This document shows, one piece after another, positions 54,079 to 64,000 of a stretch of 64,000 nt of DNA. The DNA comes from Bacillota bacterium (GTDB lineage: Bacteria > Bacillota > Clostridia > Clostridiales > Clostridiaceae), in the NCBI GenBank assembly GCA_023445445.1, contig JAEXLD010000081.1:16597-80596 (forward strand), read 5' to 3'. Position 1 is the stretch's first letter. Every line of letters starts with the position of its first letter. A program made the translations under genes and the position numbers. The notes under the pieces were generated by a model, which worked only from the letters and a program-made list of their open reading frames with translations, ran no database searches and had not been told where the DNA came from.

Positions 54079-55407
54079 ATGTATAAAATAGTTGTAGCAG
54101 GAACAGGATATGTAGGTCTAGTTACTGGAGCATGTCTTGCAGAGGTTGGACATAGTATAACCTGTGTAGATATTGATGAACATAAGGTTGAAATTATGAA
54201 ACAAGGGATATCACCTATATATGAACCAGGTTTAGAAGAATTGTTAAAAAGAAATTATGAATTAGGTAAGTTAGACTTTACAGTTGATTATAAAAATGCA
54301 TATAGGGATGCAGATGTAGTATTTATAGGAGTTGGAACTCCAGAAAGAGAAGATGGTTCAGCAAATCTTGATTATGTATTTAATGTATGTAAGCAAATTG
54401 CTGAAAATATTGAGAAGGATTGCTTGGTGGTTGTAAAATCTACTGTTCCAATAGGAACTAATGATAGGGTAGAAGAGTTCTTAAAAGAAAACCTAGTAAA
54501 TGATGTGAAAATTGAAGTTGCTTCAAATCCAGAATTTTTAGCACAAGGAACAGCAGTAATAGATACATTACATGGAAGTAGAATAGTAATTGGTGTTGAA
54601 TCAGAAAATGCTGAAAATATATTAAGAGAAATATACAATCCATTTAATCAGCCAATAGTTTGTACTAATAGAAGAAGTGCAGAAATGATAAAGTATGCTT
54701 CAAATGATTTTTTAGCTTTAAAGATAAGTTTTATGAATGAAATGGCAAATGTATGTGAAATAGTTGGAGCAAATATTGAAGATGTAGCAAAAGGTATGAG
54801 CTATGATAAGAGAATTGGAGACAAGTTCTTAAATGCAGGGATAGGATATGGTGGATCTTGTTTTCCAAAAGATACTAAAGCTCTACATTGGTTAGCTAAT
54901 GACAATGGATATGAAATAAAAACTATAAAAGCGGCCATAGAAGTAAATGAAAATCAAAAATTTAAATTATTTAGAAAAGCAAAAGAAAGATTTGGGTCAT
55001 TAAAAGGGAAAAGAGTAGCAGTATTAGGGTTAACCTTTAAACCTGGAACAGATGACTTAAGAGAAGCTCCATCAATTCCAAATGTAAGAAGACTTTTAGA
55101 TGAAGGAGCAGAAGTAATAGCATATGATCCAGTTGGAATAGAGAATTATAAAAGGATATATCCAACAGAAATAAGATATACAATAAATCCATTTGAAGCA
55201 ATACAAAATGCTGATATGGTATTTATATTTACAGAATGGAGAGAAATAAAAGATATAGGATTAGATTCTTATAAAAATATGATGAAAACACCAGTAATAT
55301 TTGATGGAAGAAATTGTTACATGATAAGTGAAGCAGAAAAGGTAGGAATTGAGTATTACTCTATTGGAAGGAAATCAATAATTAAAGAATATTCATTAAG
55401 AGTTTAA
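54079..55407 (+). CDS. ugd: UDP-glucose 6-dehydrogenase
   Basis: GTGYVG, KSTVP, NPEFL, GYGGSCFPKD, FKPGTDDLRE. Confidence 0.92.
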   Translation: MYKIVVAGTGYVGLVTGACLAEVGHSITCVDIDEHKVEIMKQGISPIYEPGLEELLKRNYELGKLDFTVDYKNAYRDADVVFIGVGTPEREDGSANLDYVFNVCKQIAENIEKDCLVVVKSTVPIGTNDRVEEFLKENLVNDVKIEVASNPEFLAQGTAVIDTLHGSRIVIGVESENAENILREIYNPFNQPIVCTNRRSAEMIKYASNDFLALKISFMNEMANVCEIVGANIEDVAKGMSYDKRIGDKFLNAGIGYGGSCFPKDTKALHWLANDNGYEIKTIKAAIEVNENQKFKLFRKAKERFGSLKGKRVAVLGLTFKPGTDDLREAPSIPNVRRLLDEGAEVIAYDPVGIENYKRIYPTEIRYTINPFEAIQNADMVFIFTEWREIKDIGLDSYKNMMKTPVIFDGRNCYMISEAEKVGIEYYSIGRKSIIKEYSLRV

Positions 55408-55422
55408 AAAAGAGGAATTAAT

Positions 55423-56643
55423 ATGAAAATTTTATTAGTTAACACATTTTATTATCCTAATATTGTAGGTGGAACTGAAAACAGTATTAAATTATTGGCA
55501 GAAGGATTAAAATCACGAGGATATCAAGTAGCAATTTATTGTGTTGATAATCTTGAAAATGGAATAAAAAAAGAATATATAAATGATATCTTAGTTTATA
55601 GAGGAAATGCGGGCCTTTTTGATAGTAAAGTTAGACTAGGTAAAAAAAGCAATTTGATTAAGAAGATTATAAACAAATTAATAGAATTGAGAAATTACAG
55701 TTCTTTAAATGAATTTAAATATATCATTAGTGACTTTAAACCTGATATTGTTCATACAAATAATTTATATGGAATTTCACCTTTATTTTGGAAGGAATGT
55801 CAAAAAAAAGATATCAAGATCGCTCATACATTGAGAGATTATTGGATTTTATCATATACTGGAAATTTGGAAGTGGAAAAAGATAAGTCTTTATTAAAAA
55901 AATCAATTTTAAATATATATAGGTCTTACTTTAGATATCAAAGCAGATATGTTACAGCTGTTACTGCACCGTCAGAATTTACACTAGAGAGGTTTTTGAA
56001 TGAAAAATATTTTTTTAATAGTAGAATAAAACAGAGTATTAACAATAGTATACATCTAGATATTAATGAAACTAAGGTTTTGATCGATGAAAAAAAGAAT
56101 AGAAAAGATAAAGTAATAAAATTTATATTTGTTGGTGGGCTATATGAAATTAAAGGTATTAAAAATTTGATAAATGCATTTACAAATATAAAAAATGACA
56201 ATATTTTATTATACATATGTGGAGATGGAGACTTAAAAGAGTTTGTAAAAAATTCTTCTAATAAAGATAAAAGGATAATTTATAAGGGAAAATTAAACGC
56301 AGATGAGTTAAAAAGAGCATATATAGAAAGTGACGTTTTAATTGTTCCATCTGTTTGGGATGAACCTTTTGGAAGAGTTGTCATTGAAGGAAATCAGTTT
56401 GGATTACCAGTAATAGCTTCAAACAAAGGGGGAATACCAGAGATAGTTAAAAATATTAGAGGTGGAGAATTATTTAATAGCGATAGTGTAGAAGATTTAA
56501 AGAATAAAATTAATAGATTCACAGACAGAGAACATATTAAATCATTTTATGCAGATATAGAAAATAATATAAATAAATACTCAATTGATTATCAGATAGA
56601 TTCATTTCTAACTTTATATAATTATATTTTAAAAATTAATTAG
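55423..56643 (+). CDS. GT4 glycosyltransferase
   Basis: YYPNIVGGTE, HTLRDYW, EPFGRVVIE. Confidence 0.88.
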   Translation: MKILLVNTFYYPNIVGGTENSIKLLAEGLKSRGYQVAIYCVDNLENGIKKEYINDILVYRGNAGLFDSKVRLGKKSNLIKKIINKLIELRNYSSLNEFKYIISDFKPDIVHTNNLYGISPLFWKECQKKDIKIAHTLRDYWILSYTGNLEVEKDKSLLKKSILNIYRSYFRYQSRYVTAVTAPSEFTLERFLNEKYFFNSRIKQSINNSIHLDINETKVLIDEKKNRKDKVIKFIFVGGLYEIKGIKNLINAFTNIKNDNILLYICGDGDLKEFVKNSSNKDKRIIYKGKLNADELKRAYIESDVLIVPSVWDEPFGRVVIEGNQFGLPVIASNKGGIPEIVKNIRGGELFNSDSVEDLKNKINRFTDREHIKSFYADIENNINKYSIDYQIDSFLTLYNYILKIN

Positions 56644-56745
56644 TATTTATATTTTAAGTTTATTTGGAGAATATTTATATGGTATTTTGTACTATGAGCT
56701 TAGAGACATGTTAATATAAAAAACACTTAACATAATGGAGGAAAT

Positions 56746-58209
56746 ATGCCTAAGGAAATAGATAATAATACATTAAGAAACAATGTTATAAAAAATCTCT
56801 TTTGGAAATTAATGGAGAGAAGTGGTGTTCAAGGAATACAATTTGTTATTCAGATAGTTTTAGCTAGAATATTATCACCTAATGATTATGGAATAATATC
56901 TTTAATAACAATATTTATAGCTTTAGCAAATGTTTTTATACAAAGTGGATTTAATACGGCACTAATTCAAAAAAAGAATGTAAAAGAAGAAGATTTTTCA
57001 TCAGTATTTTATTTAAGTATATTTGTTGCGACAATATTATATATTATATTATATTTATCATCTCCATTTATAGCTAATTTTTACAAAGTAAAAGCATTAA
57101 CACCAGTATTAAGAGTTCTTTCTATTACATTGTTTTTTGGAGCCTTTAATTCCATACAAAATGCAGTAATATCTAAAAAAATGGAATTCAGAAAATTGTT
57201 TATTAGTAGTATATTATCAGTGATAATATCCGGTGTTGTAGGAATAATTTTAGCACGTATGGGGTATGGGGTATGGTCATTAGTTATACAACAGATAGTT
57301 AATCAAATTACAGTTACTATTATACTTTGGTTTACTGTAAAGTGGAGGCCAAAGTTGACTTTTTCAATAAAAAGAATAAGTAATTTATTTTCTTATGGAT
57401 GGAAGCTATTAGTTTCATCACTAATAGATACTTTATATATGAACTTAAGAGGCCTAGTAGTGGGAAAAGTTTATACATCTAATATGTTGGCTTTTTATAA
57501 TAGAGGAGAACAATTTCCACAATTAATAGTTTCAAATATAAATGGAGCAATACAATCAGTTATGCTACCAACATTATCTTCAGAACAAGATAATAAAAAA
57601 AGAGTGAAAGAGTTAGTTAGAAGATCTATAGTTACAAGTTCATTTTTAGTGTTTCCACTTATGATTGGATTAGCTGCTGTTGGAGAACCTCTAATTAAAA
57701 TACTATTAACAGATAAATGGTTACCATCTTTACCATTTATGCAAATTTTTTGCTTAACATATGCCTTATGGCCTATACATACATCAAATTTACAAGCAAT
57801 AAATGCTTTGGGACGTAGTGATATATTTTTAAAATTGGAGATAACTAAAAAGATAGTAGGTATAATTATTTTAATTATCTCAATGTTTTATGGAGTTTAT
57901 GCAATAGCACTGGGTGGATTGCTAGTTGGAATAATGTCATCCTTTATTAATGCATATCCTAATTTAAAGCTTTTAGATTATAGCTATAAAGAGCAAATAA
58001 AAGATATAATGCCTTCTTTAATATTGTCCATAATAATGGGAGTAATAGTATATTCTATTTTATTTTTTAATATGTCTCCGTATATAACATTAACAATACA
58101 AGTATTTATTGGAGCTATAGTATATGTAGTATTAGCAAAATTATTTAGACTTGAATGTTATGAGTATATTATTCATACAATAAAGTCAATTAAAAATAAG
58201 AATAAATAA
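56746..58209 (+). CDS. wzx: Wzx flippase (WzxC/TuaB-like)
   Basis: LARILSPNDYG, GFNTALIQ; many TM segments. Confidence 0.88.
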   Translation: MPKEIDNNTLRNNVIKNLFWKLMERSGVQGIQFVIQIVLARILSPNDYGIISLITIFIALANVFIQSGFNTALIQKKNVKEEDFSSVFYLSIFVATILYIILYLSSPFIANFYKVKALTPVLRVLSITLFFGAFNSIQNAVISKKMEFRKLFISSILSVIISGVVGIILARMGYGVWSLVIQQIVNQITVTIILWFTVKWRPKLTFSIKRISNLFSYGWKLLVSSLIDTLYMNLRGLVVGKVYTSNMLAFYNRGEQFPQLIVSNINGAIQSVMLPTLSSEQDNKKRVKELVRRSIVTSSFLVFPLMIGLAAVGEPLIKILLTDKWLPSLPFMQIFCLTYALWPIHTSNLQAINALGRSDIFLKLEITKKIVGIIILIISMFYGVYAIALGGLLVGIMSSFINAYPNLKLLDYSYKEQIKDIMPSLILSIIMGVIVYSILFFNMSPYITLTIQVFIGAIVYVVLAKLFRLECYEYIIHTIKSIKNKNK

Positions 58210-58223
58210 AACTAGGAGGAACT

Positions 58224-59282
58224 ATGATACTACATTTATTTCCACAGGAGAAGTTTACAGTCCCTTTTATTAAATTTATAAATACTAATTTTAATATGGA
58301 TGATCACTTATTTATAGTGTATGGTGAAAATGACAGTTTTAAGAAAAATCAAATAGAAGATTATAATAATATAATATACTTTAATAAAGATAATATATTT
58401 AAAATTATAGATTATATTAATAAAGCTAATAAAATAATAATACATTCCTTTTTTATTCCTAAAATAATAAAAATTTATATTTTTATAAGATCAGATATAT
58501 TAAAAAGAAGTGGATGGGTAGTTTGGGGAGCAGATTTATATTTACATAGAATTAAGGGAAGTAATTTAAAGGCTAAAATATCTTATTATATGAATAGAAA
58601 AATAATTAAAAATATGGGAATTATTATTACGTTAAGTAAGAATGATTATAACTTGGCAAAAAAGTGGTATGATGTAAAGGGTGAATATAGAGAAGGAATG
58701 TATACAAATCCTCTAGAACTTGGATATTTAGAAAATATAAAATTAAATAGAGTTAAGGCGAAGAATACAGTTACAATTCAAATAGGAAACTCTGCAGATA
58801 AGTCAAATTTACATTTTGAGGTAATAGATTTACTTAAAAAATATAAAGATGAGAATATAAAGATATTCGTTCCATTATCATATGGTGATAATGATTATGC
58901 TGCTAAAGTTAAGGAGTACGGTGAAAATATTTTTAACAATAAATTTGTAGCCATATTAGAATTTATGGATAAAAAAGAATATAGTGATTTTTTAGGAAGT
59001 ATCGACATAGCTATATTTAATAATAATAGACAACAGGCATTAGGGAATATTAGAGCATTGCTTTATTTAGGTAGTAAAGTTTATATGAGAGATGATACCA
59101 CAATGTGGTGTGATTTTATATCAGAAGGATATATAATAAATAATATAAAGAATATTGAAACAGAAGAGTTTAACGAGTTTATTTCAAATGATATAAATGG
59201 GATTAATAATAACTCTAAACTAGCAGAAGATACATTTAATGAAAAAATAATTGCAAAGAAATGGCAAAATATATTTAAATAA
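58224..59282 (+). CDS. GT56 (WecF/RffT-like) 4-acetamido-4,6-dideoxyhexose transferase
   Basis: WGADLY, IGNSADKSNLH, PLSYG, RQQALGN. Confidence 0.78.
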   Translation: MILHLFPQEKFTVPFIKFINTNFNMDDHLFIVYGENDSFKKNQIEDYNNIIYFNKDNIFKIIDYINKANKIIIHSFFIPKIIKIYIFIRSDILKRSGWVVWGADLYLHRIKGSNLKAKISYYMNRKIIKNMGIIITLSKNDYNLAKKWYDVKGEYREGMYTNPLELGYLENIKLNRVKAKNTVTIQIGNSADKSNLHFEVIDLLKKYKDENIKIFVPLSYGDNDYAAKVKEYGENIFNNKFVAILEFMDKKEYSDFLGSIDIAIFNNNRQQALGNIRALLYLGSKVYMRDDTTMWCDFISEGYIINNIKNIETEEFNEFISNDINGINNNSKLAEDTFNEKIIAKKWQNIFK

Positions 59283-59328
59283 TATTTTATTATATATTTC
59301 AACAATATATATATTAAGAGGTGTAATA

Positions 59329-59889
59329 ATGAATAGTTTTTATAGCAGAGATGAGTTGAAAAGTTTAGGTATAAAAAAAGTTGGAAATAATGTGCTTATA
59401 AGCAGAAAAACTAGTATATATGGAGCTGGAAATATAGAAATTGGCGATAATGTAAGAATAGATGATTTTTGTATTTTAAGTGGAAAGATTAAAATTGGTA
59501 GTTATGTACATATTGCAGCTTATTGCGGGATGTTCGCAGGAGATGCAGGTATTTTTCTAGATGATTTTTCAGGCTTGTCTTCTAGAACTGTTGTTTATGC
59601 AGCAAGTGATGATTATTCAGGAGAATTTTTAACAAATCCTACTGTAGATAATAAATACAGAAATGTTATTGGTAAGCCAGTTAAAGTTGGGAAACATGTT
59701 GTTGTAGGAACAGGTTCTACTATATTACCAGGAGTAACTATAGGAGATGGAAGTTCTGTAGGCGCATGTTCTTTAATAGCAAAGGATTGTGAAGAAAATG
59801 CTATATATGTTGGAGTGCCAGCTAAAAAACTAAAAGAGAGAAGTAAGAAAATTTTTGAGTTAGAAAAAGATTTCTTATCTCATAAATAA
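59329..59889 (+). CDS. vioB: Hexapeptide-repeat N-acetyltransferase, VioB-like
   Basis: NVRIDDFCILSG, ASDDYSG, LPGVTIG; next to a vioA-like gene. Confidence 0.7.
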   Translation: MNSFYSRDELKSLGIKKVGNNVLISRKTSIYGAGNIEIGDNVRIDDFCILSGKIKIGSYVHIAAYCGMFAGDAGIFLDDFSGLSSRTVVYAASDDYSGEFLTNPTVDNKYRNVIGKPVKVGKHVVVGTGSTILPGVTIGDGSSVGACSLIAKDCEENAIYVGVPAKKLKERSKKIFELEKDFLSHK

Positions 59890-59910
59890 TAGATAGAAGG
59901 TGAGAATAGT

Positions 59911-61014
59911 ATGGCTGATAGTAAGAATATAATCCAAGTAACCTGTTCATCTATGCCTGTATTTGAAGAGTATGTTGAGGAAATAAAAGAACTATGGGAT
60001 AGTCATTGGCTAACCAATATGGGAGCAAAGCATAGAGAACTAGAAGAAAAACTTATAGATTATTTAGATACTAAGAATATTTCACTTTTTACAAATGGAC
60101 ATTTAGCTTTAGAATGTGTGATAGATGCATTAAATCTTACAGGAGAAGTAATAACTACTCCTTTTACATTTGCTTCAACAACTCATGCTATAGTTAGGAA
60201 TGGACTAACTCCTGTATTCTGTGATGTTAATGAAGAAGATTATACAATAGATGTGACTAAGATTGAAGAATTAATAACAGAAAAAACTTCTGCAATAATT
60301 CCAGTTCATGTTTATGGAAATGTATGCAATGTTGAAGAAATAGATAGAATAGCTAAAAAACATAATTTAAAAGTTATATATGATGCAGCACATACCTTTG
60401 GAGTTAAGATAAATGGTGTTGGAATTGGTAACTTTGGGGATGCTTCTATGTTTAGTTTTCATGCTACAAAGGTATTTAATACAATAGAGGGCGGTGCAGT
60501 AACTTTTAAAGATGAATCATTGAAAAAGAAATTAGATGAGTTGAAAAATTTTGGAATTACTAGTCCTGAATCTGTTGAGTATGTAGCTGGAAATGCAAAA
60601 ATGAATGAATTCCAAGCTGCTATGGGAATTTGTAATCTTAGACATGTGGATAATGAAATAGATAAGAGAAGAGCCGTGGTAGAGAAATATAACTCTAGAC
60701 TAGAGAATATTAAGGGAATAAAAATATGTAAACCACAAGATGGAATAAAGAGTAATTATGCATATTTTCCAATAGTTTTTGATAACTATAAATATAATCG
60801 TGATGAAGTATTTAAAAAGTTAAAGGATAATGGAATAATAGCTAGAAAGTATTTTTACCCTTTAACTAACGATTTTGATTGCTATAAGGGTAAGTTTGAA
60901 ATAAATGATACGCCAGTAGCTAAATACATATCAGAGAGAGTTTTAACATTACCACTTTATGCAGATCTATCTCTAGAGGATGTAGATAGGATTTGTGATA
61001 TAATAATAAATTAA
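59911..61014 (+). CDS. vioA: DegT/DnrJ-family aminotransferase, VioA-like
   Basis: WLTN.G, TTPFTF, YDAAH.FG, SFHATKVFNTIEGG. Confidence 0.75.
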   Translation: MADSKNIIQVTCSSMPVFEEYVEEIKELWDSHWLTNMGAKHRELEEKLIDYLDTKNISLFTNGHLALECVIDALNLTGEVITTPFTFASTTHAIVRNGLTPVFCDVNEEDYTIDVTKIEELITEKTSAIIPVHVYGNVCNVEEIDRIAKKHNLKVIYDAAHTFGVKINGVGIGNFGDASMFSFHATKVFNTIEGGAVTFKDESLKKKLDELKNFGITSPESVEYVAGNAKMNEFQAAMGICNLRHVDNEIDKRRAVVEKYNSRLENIKGIKICKPQDGIKSNYAYFPIVFDNYKYNRDEVFKKLKDNGIIARKYFYPLTNDFDCYKGKFEINDTPVAKYISERVLTLPLYADLSLEDVDRICDIIIN

Positions 61015-61038
61015 TTAATATATTTTGGAGGTATAAAC

Positions 61039-61908
61039 ATGAAGGGGATAATTTTAGCAGGTGGAAGTGGTACTAGACTATATCCTGTAACAAAAGCCAT
61101 GTCTAAGCAAATGGTACCTATTTATGACAAACCGATGATTTACTATCCTATGTCCGTATTAATGTTATCTGGAATAAAAGATATTTTAATTATTTCTACC
61201 CCAAGGGATATTATAAATTTTAAAGAATTATTTGGTGATGGGAGTTCATTAGGAGTTAATATAGAATATGCTATACAAGAAAATCCTAATGGGTTAGCTG
61301 AAGCATTTATAATTGGAGAAGATTTCATAGGCGATGATAGTGTTTCTCTAATTTTAGGTGATAATATTTTTTATGGACAGGGATTAGGGGGATATTTAGA
61401 TATAGCTTCAAAATTAGATAAAGGAGCAATGATATTTGGATATTTTGTTCATGATCCGAGGGCTTTTGGAGTAGTAGAATTTGATGAAAATAGAAATGTA
61501 ATTTCTATAGAAGAAAAGCCGAAATATCCAAAGTCTAAATATGCAGTACCAGGACTTTACTTTTATGACAATACAGTAGTAAAAAAAGCAAAGTCTTTAA
61601 AGCCTTCTGATAGAGGAGAAATTGAAATAACAGATTTGAATAGATTATATATGGAAGAGAGAAGTTTGAAGGTTCAATTATTTGGAAGAGGTATGGCATG
61701 GCTTGATACTGGAACCCATGCATCAATGCTACAAGCTTCAAATTTTGTAGAAGCAATACAAAATACTCAAGGAACTTATATAGCTTGTTTAGAAGAGATA
61801 TCATATAGAAAAGGATGGATTTCAAAGGAACAAGTTAGGGAATTAGCAGAGCCTATGAGTAAAACAGGATATGGTAAATATTTATTAGATATAATAAATG
61901 AGGAGTAG
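61039..61908 (+). CDS. rmlA: Glucose-1-phosphate thymidylyltransferase
   Basis: [36 protein letters not shown]. Confidence 0.95.
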   Translation: MKGIILAGGSGTRLYPVTKAMSKQMVPIYDKPMIYYPMSVLMLSGIKDILIISTPRDIINFKELFGDGSSLGVNIEYAIQENPNGLAEAFIIGEDFIGDDSVSLILGDNIFYGQGLGGYLDIASKLDKGAMIFGYFVHDPRAFGVVEFDENRNVISIEEKPKYPKSKYAVPGLYFYDNTVVKKAKSLKPSDRGEIEITDLNRLYMEERSLKVQLFGRGMAWLDTGTHASMLQASNFVEAIQNTQGTYIACLEEISYRKGWISKEQVRELAEPMSKTGYGKYLLDIINEE

Positions 61909-61913
61909 ATAGT

Positions 61914-62963
61914 ATGAAAACTTATTTAGTTACTGGTGGAGCTGGATTTATAGGCTCAAATTTTGTATTATATATGCTTAACAAGTATGAAGACATAAGA
62001 ATTATTAACTTAGATAAATTAACTTATGCAGGTAATTTAGAAAATCTAAAGAGTATAGAAGAAGATTCAAGACATATATTTGTTCAAGGAGATATATGTG
62101 ATGCAGAATTAGTATCATCATTATTTGAAAAATATGAAATTGATTATGTAGCTCATTTTGCAGCTGAATCACATGTTGATAGAAGCATAAAAGAACCAGA
62201 AGTATTTGCTAAAACTAATGTTATGGGAACAGTAAACTTATTAAACTGTGCAAAGAATGCATGGGAAACCGAAGATGGATGGAAAGAAGGAGTTAAGTTC
62301 TTGCATGTTTCAACAGATGAAGTTTATGGATCATTAGGAGAAACAGGCTACTTTATGGAAACTACTCCATTAGACCCTCATAGCCCATATTCAGCAAGTA
62401 AGGCTGGATCAGATATGATGGTAAAGGCATATGGAGATACTTATAAAATGCCAGTTAACATAACAAGATGCTCTAACAACTATGGACCATTCCAATTCCC
62501 TGAAAAATTAATACCACTTCTTATTAACAACTGTCTTCAATTAAAGGATTTACCTATTTATGGAGATGGATTAAATATAAGAGATTGGTTATATGTTGAA
62601 GATCATGCTAAAGCAATAGATATGGTTATTAACAATGGAAGACTTGGTGAAGTTTATAATGTTGGTGGACATAATGAAAGAACTAATATTCAAATAGTAG
62701 ATACAGTTATTAAGTATATTAATGAGAATATTGATAGTAAGGTAACTGAAAACCTAAAGAAGTTTGTTGAAGATAGAAAAGGTCATGATAGAAGATATGG
62801 AATAGATCCAACTAAGATAAAAGAAGAATTAGGGTGGTATCCAGAAACGACATTTGAAATTGGAATAGTTAAGACTATTAAATGGTATATAGAGAATAAA
62901 GAATGGATGAAGAATGTAACATCTGGAGAGTATCAAAAATATTATAATAATATGTATAAATAA
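61914..62963 (+). CDS. rmlB: dTDP-glucose 4,6-dehydratase
   Basis: TGGAGFIG, AAESHVDRSI, STDEVYG, YSASK, GHDRRY. Confidence 0.95.
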   Translation: MKTYLVTGGAGFIGSNFVLYMLNKYEDIRIINLDKLTYAGNLENLKSIEEDSRHIFVQGDICDAELVSSLFEKYEIDYVAHFAAESHVDRSIKEPEVFAKTNVMGTVNLLNCAKNAWETEDGWKEGVKFLHVSTDEVYGSLGETGYFMETTPLDPHSPYSASKAGSDMMVKAYGDTYKMPVNITRCSNNYGPFQFPEKLIPLLINNCLQLKDLPIYGDGLNIRDWLYVEDHAKAIDMVINNGRLGEVYNVGGHNERTNIQIVDTVIKYINENIDSKVTENLKKFVEDRKGHDRRYGIDPTKIKEELGWYPETTFEIGIVKTIKWYIENKEWMKNVTSGEYQKYYNNMYK

Positions 62964-63063
62964 AAAAATTATATAGATAAGATTATTTATATTGAAAGTT
63001 AGAAATATATGTAATAATATTAATATAAGGTTAAGTATATAGTACATAACCTTTTTAGGGCAA

Positions 63064-63099
63064 ATAAAATATCCCGACATTAATGTCGGGATATTTTAT
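63064..63099. terminator. Perfect 36-bp palindrome, bidirectional terminator
   Basis: ataaaatatcccgacatt / aatgtcgggatattttat between convergent genes. Confidence 0.75.
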
Positions 63100-63101
63100 A
63101 T

Positions 63102-64000
63102 TTATTTAGTATCATTAAATATATAATCTCTCATTTGCTGTTTAGCAGTTTCTATATCAAATGTTAAATAATATACTCCTTCTATCATAGCTCCTTCACC
63201 ATAGCCATCCCTAGGGAATCTATCTTGTTCTAAATTATTACCAATTCCAAGGACTTTTGTTCCAAGTGAAAGAATATCTCCTGCATTTAAGTTAGTTTGT
63301 ACATAAGGTAAAACTTCATTTAGTAATGAGTTATATGAGCCTATAGATGCAGAAGTTAATTTAGTAAATAGAGCTTCAAGTACAGTTCTTTGTCTTTCAG
63401 TTCTCTTGTAGTCTCCACCAGCAGTATATCTTATTCTAGAATAAGCAAGAGCTTGTGTTCCATCTAAGTGGTTAACCCCAGCATAAGTAATATGTGGTGA
63501 ATTTGTGCCATCTTTATTATTAATATCATTTATATAATTATTTATGTATTGCAATTCTTCAGATGTAATTTCTATATCAACTCCACCAAGGATATTTATT
63601 ATTTTTGGTAGTGAAGAGAAGTTAACAGATGCAAAATCTTGAATATTTAATCCAAAGTTTTCATTTATTGTTTTAATTGATAATTCTGGACCACCATAGG
63701 CATAAGCATGGTTTATTTTATCATTTCCATAACCATCAATATATACGTATGAATCTCTCATTATAGATGTTAATTTAACTTTTTTATGAACTGGATCAAT
63801 AGTTGCAATCATAATAGAATCTGAACGTCCAGTTTCACCATCAGTTGCATCAACTCCAAATAAAGCAATATTTTTAATTTTATTTGAATTGGAATATTCC
63901 TTTAAATCATCTTCTGAAATTCCTAAATTATCTTTATTTAAATTTATACTATCCATTTTGTTTAATAAACCAATTATATATCCCCCAGATACTACTGCTA
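63102..64000 (-). CDS. LCP family protein (5' end beyond window)
   Basis: GRSDSIMI, SIMRD, KINHAYAYGG, DYKRTERQR; frame stays open upstream of 63956 into a TM segment (AVVSGGYIIGLL). Confidence 0.9.
   Translation of the reverse strand, partial: AVVSGGYIIGLLNKMDSINLNKDNLGISEDDLKEYSNSNKIKNIALFGVDATDGETGRSDSIMIATIDPVHKKVKLTSIMRDSYVYIDGYGNDKINHAYAYGGPELSIKTINENFGLNIQDFASVNFSSLPKIINILGGVDIEITSEELQYINNYINDINNKDGTNSPHITYAGVNHLDGTQALAYSRIRYTAGGDYKRTERQRTVLEALFTKLTSASIGSYNSLLNEVLPYVQTNLNAGDILSLGTKVLGIGNNLEQDRFPRDGYGEGAMIEGVYYLTFDIETAKQQMRDYIFNDTK

Noticed and set aside
61039..62963. dTDP-L-rhamnose pathway
   Set aside because: rmlC and rmlD are absent from the operon in this window; vioAB-like genes explain rmlAB

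Overview
Low-GC Firmicute chromosome segment, most consistent with Clostridium sensu stricto (inferred from gene content and composition). Almost all genes are on the + strand. Left to right: the 3' end of a sortase-anchored (IPETG) surface protein; a DUF1659/DUF2922-like pair; an SGNH hydrolase; a mannose-family PTS with nanE-nagA; a YesM/YesN-type two-component system with a tandem double sugar-binding protein; a ~5.7 kb patch of small accessory genes (aminoglycoside nucleotidyltransferase-like, high-GC GNAT, fragments); a ytfQRT-yjfF-type ABC transporter; a transaldolase with UlaA-family PTS and PRD regulator; a stand-alone HUH Y1 transposase (RAYT-like); a lactose-type ABC transporter with GH2 beta-galactosidase and a second two-component system; then a ~24 kb surface-polysaccharide region (MBOAT O-acetylation, two LCPs, CWB2 metalloprotease, Wzx/Wzy pathway, vioAB-rmlAB). 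The most striking feature is a family of GC-cored palindromic repeats (TGGAAA-TAA-TTGGn-CCCC[A/T]GGGG) at about 10 loci between 0.7 and 39.8 kb. They flank the RAYT-like gene on both sides, sit at gene 3' ends, form a 37-bp-period mini-array, and one lies in frame inside the beta-galactosidase gene. This is a candidate clostridial REP/REPIN-RAYT system. Also seen: a second, heptamer-led hairpin repeat family, a decayed duplicate of the wzy 3' end, and probable ATA-initiated genes. All calls are by-eye motif recognition; no searches were run.
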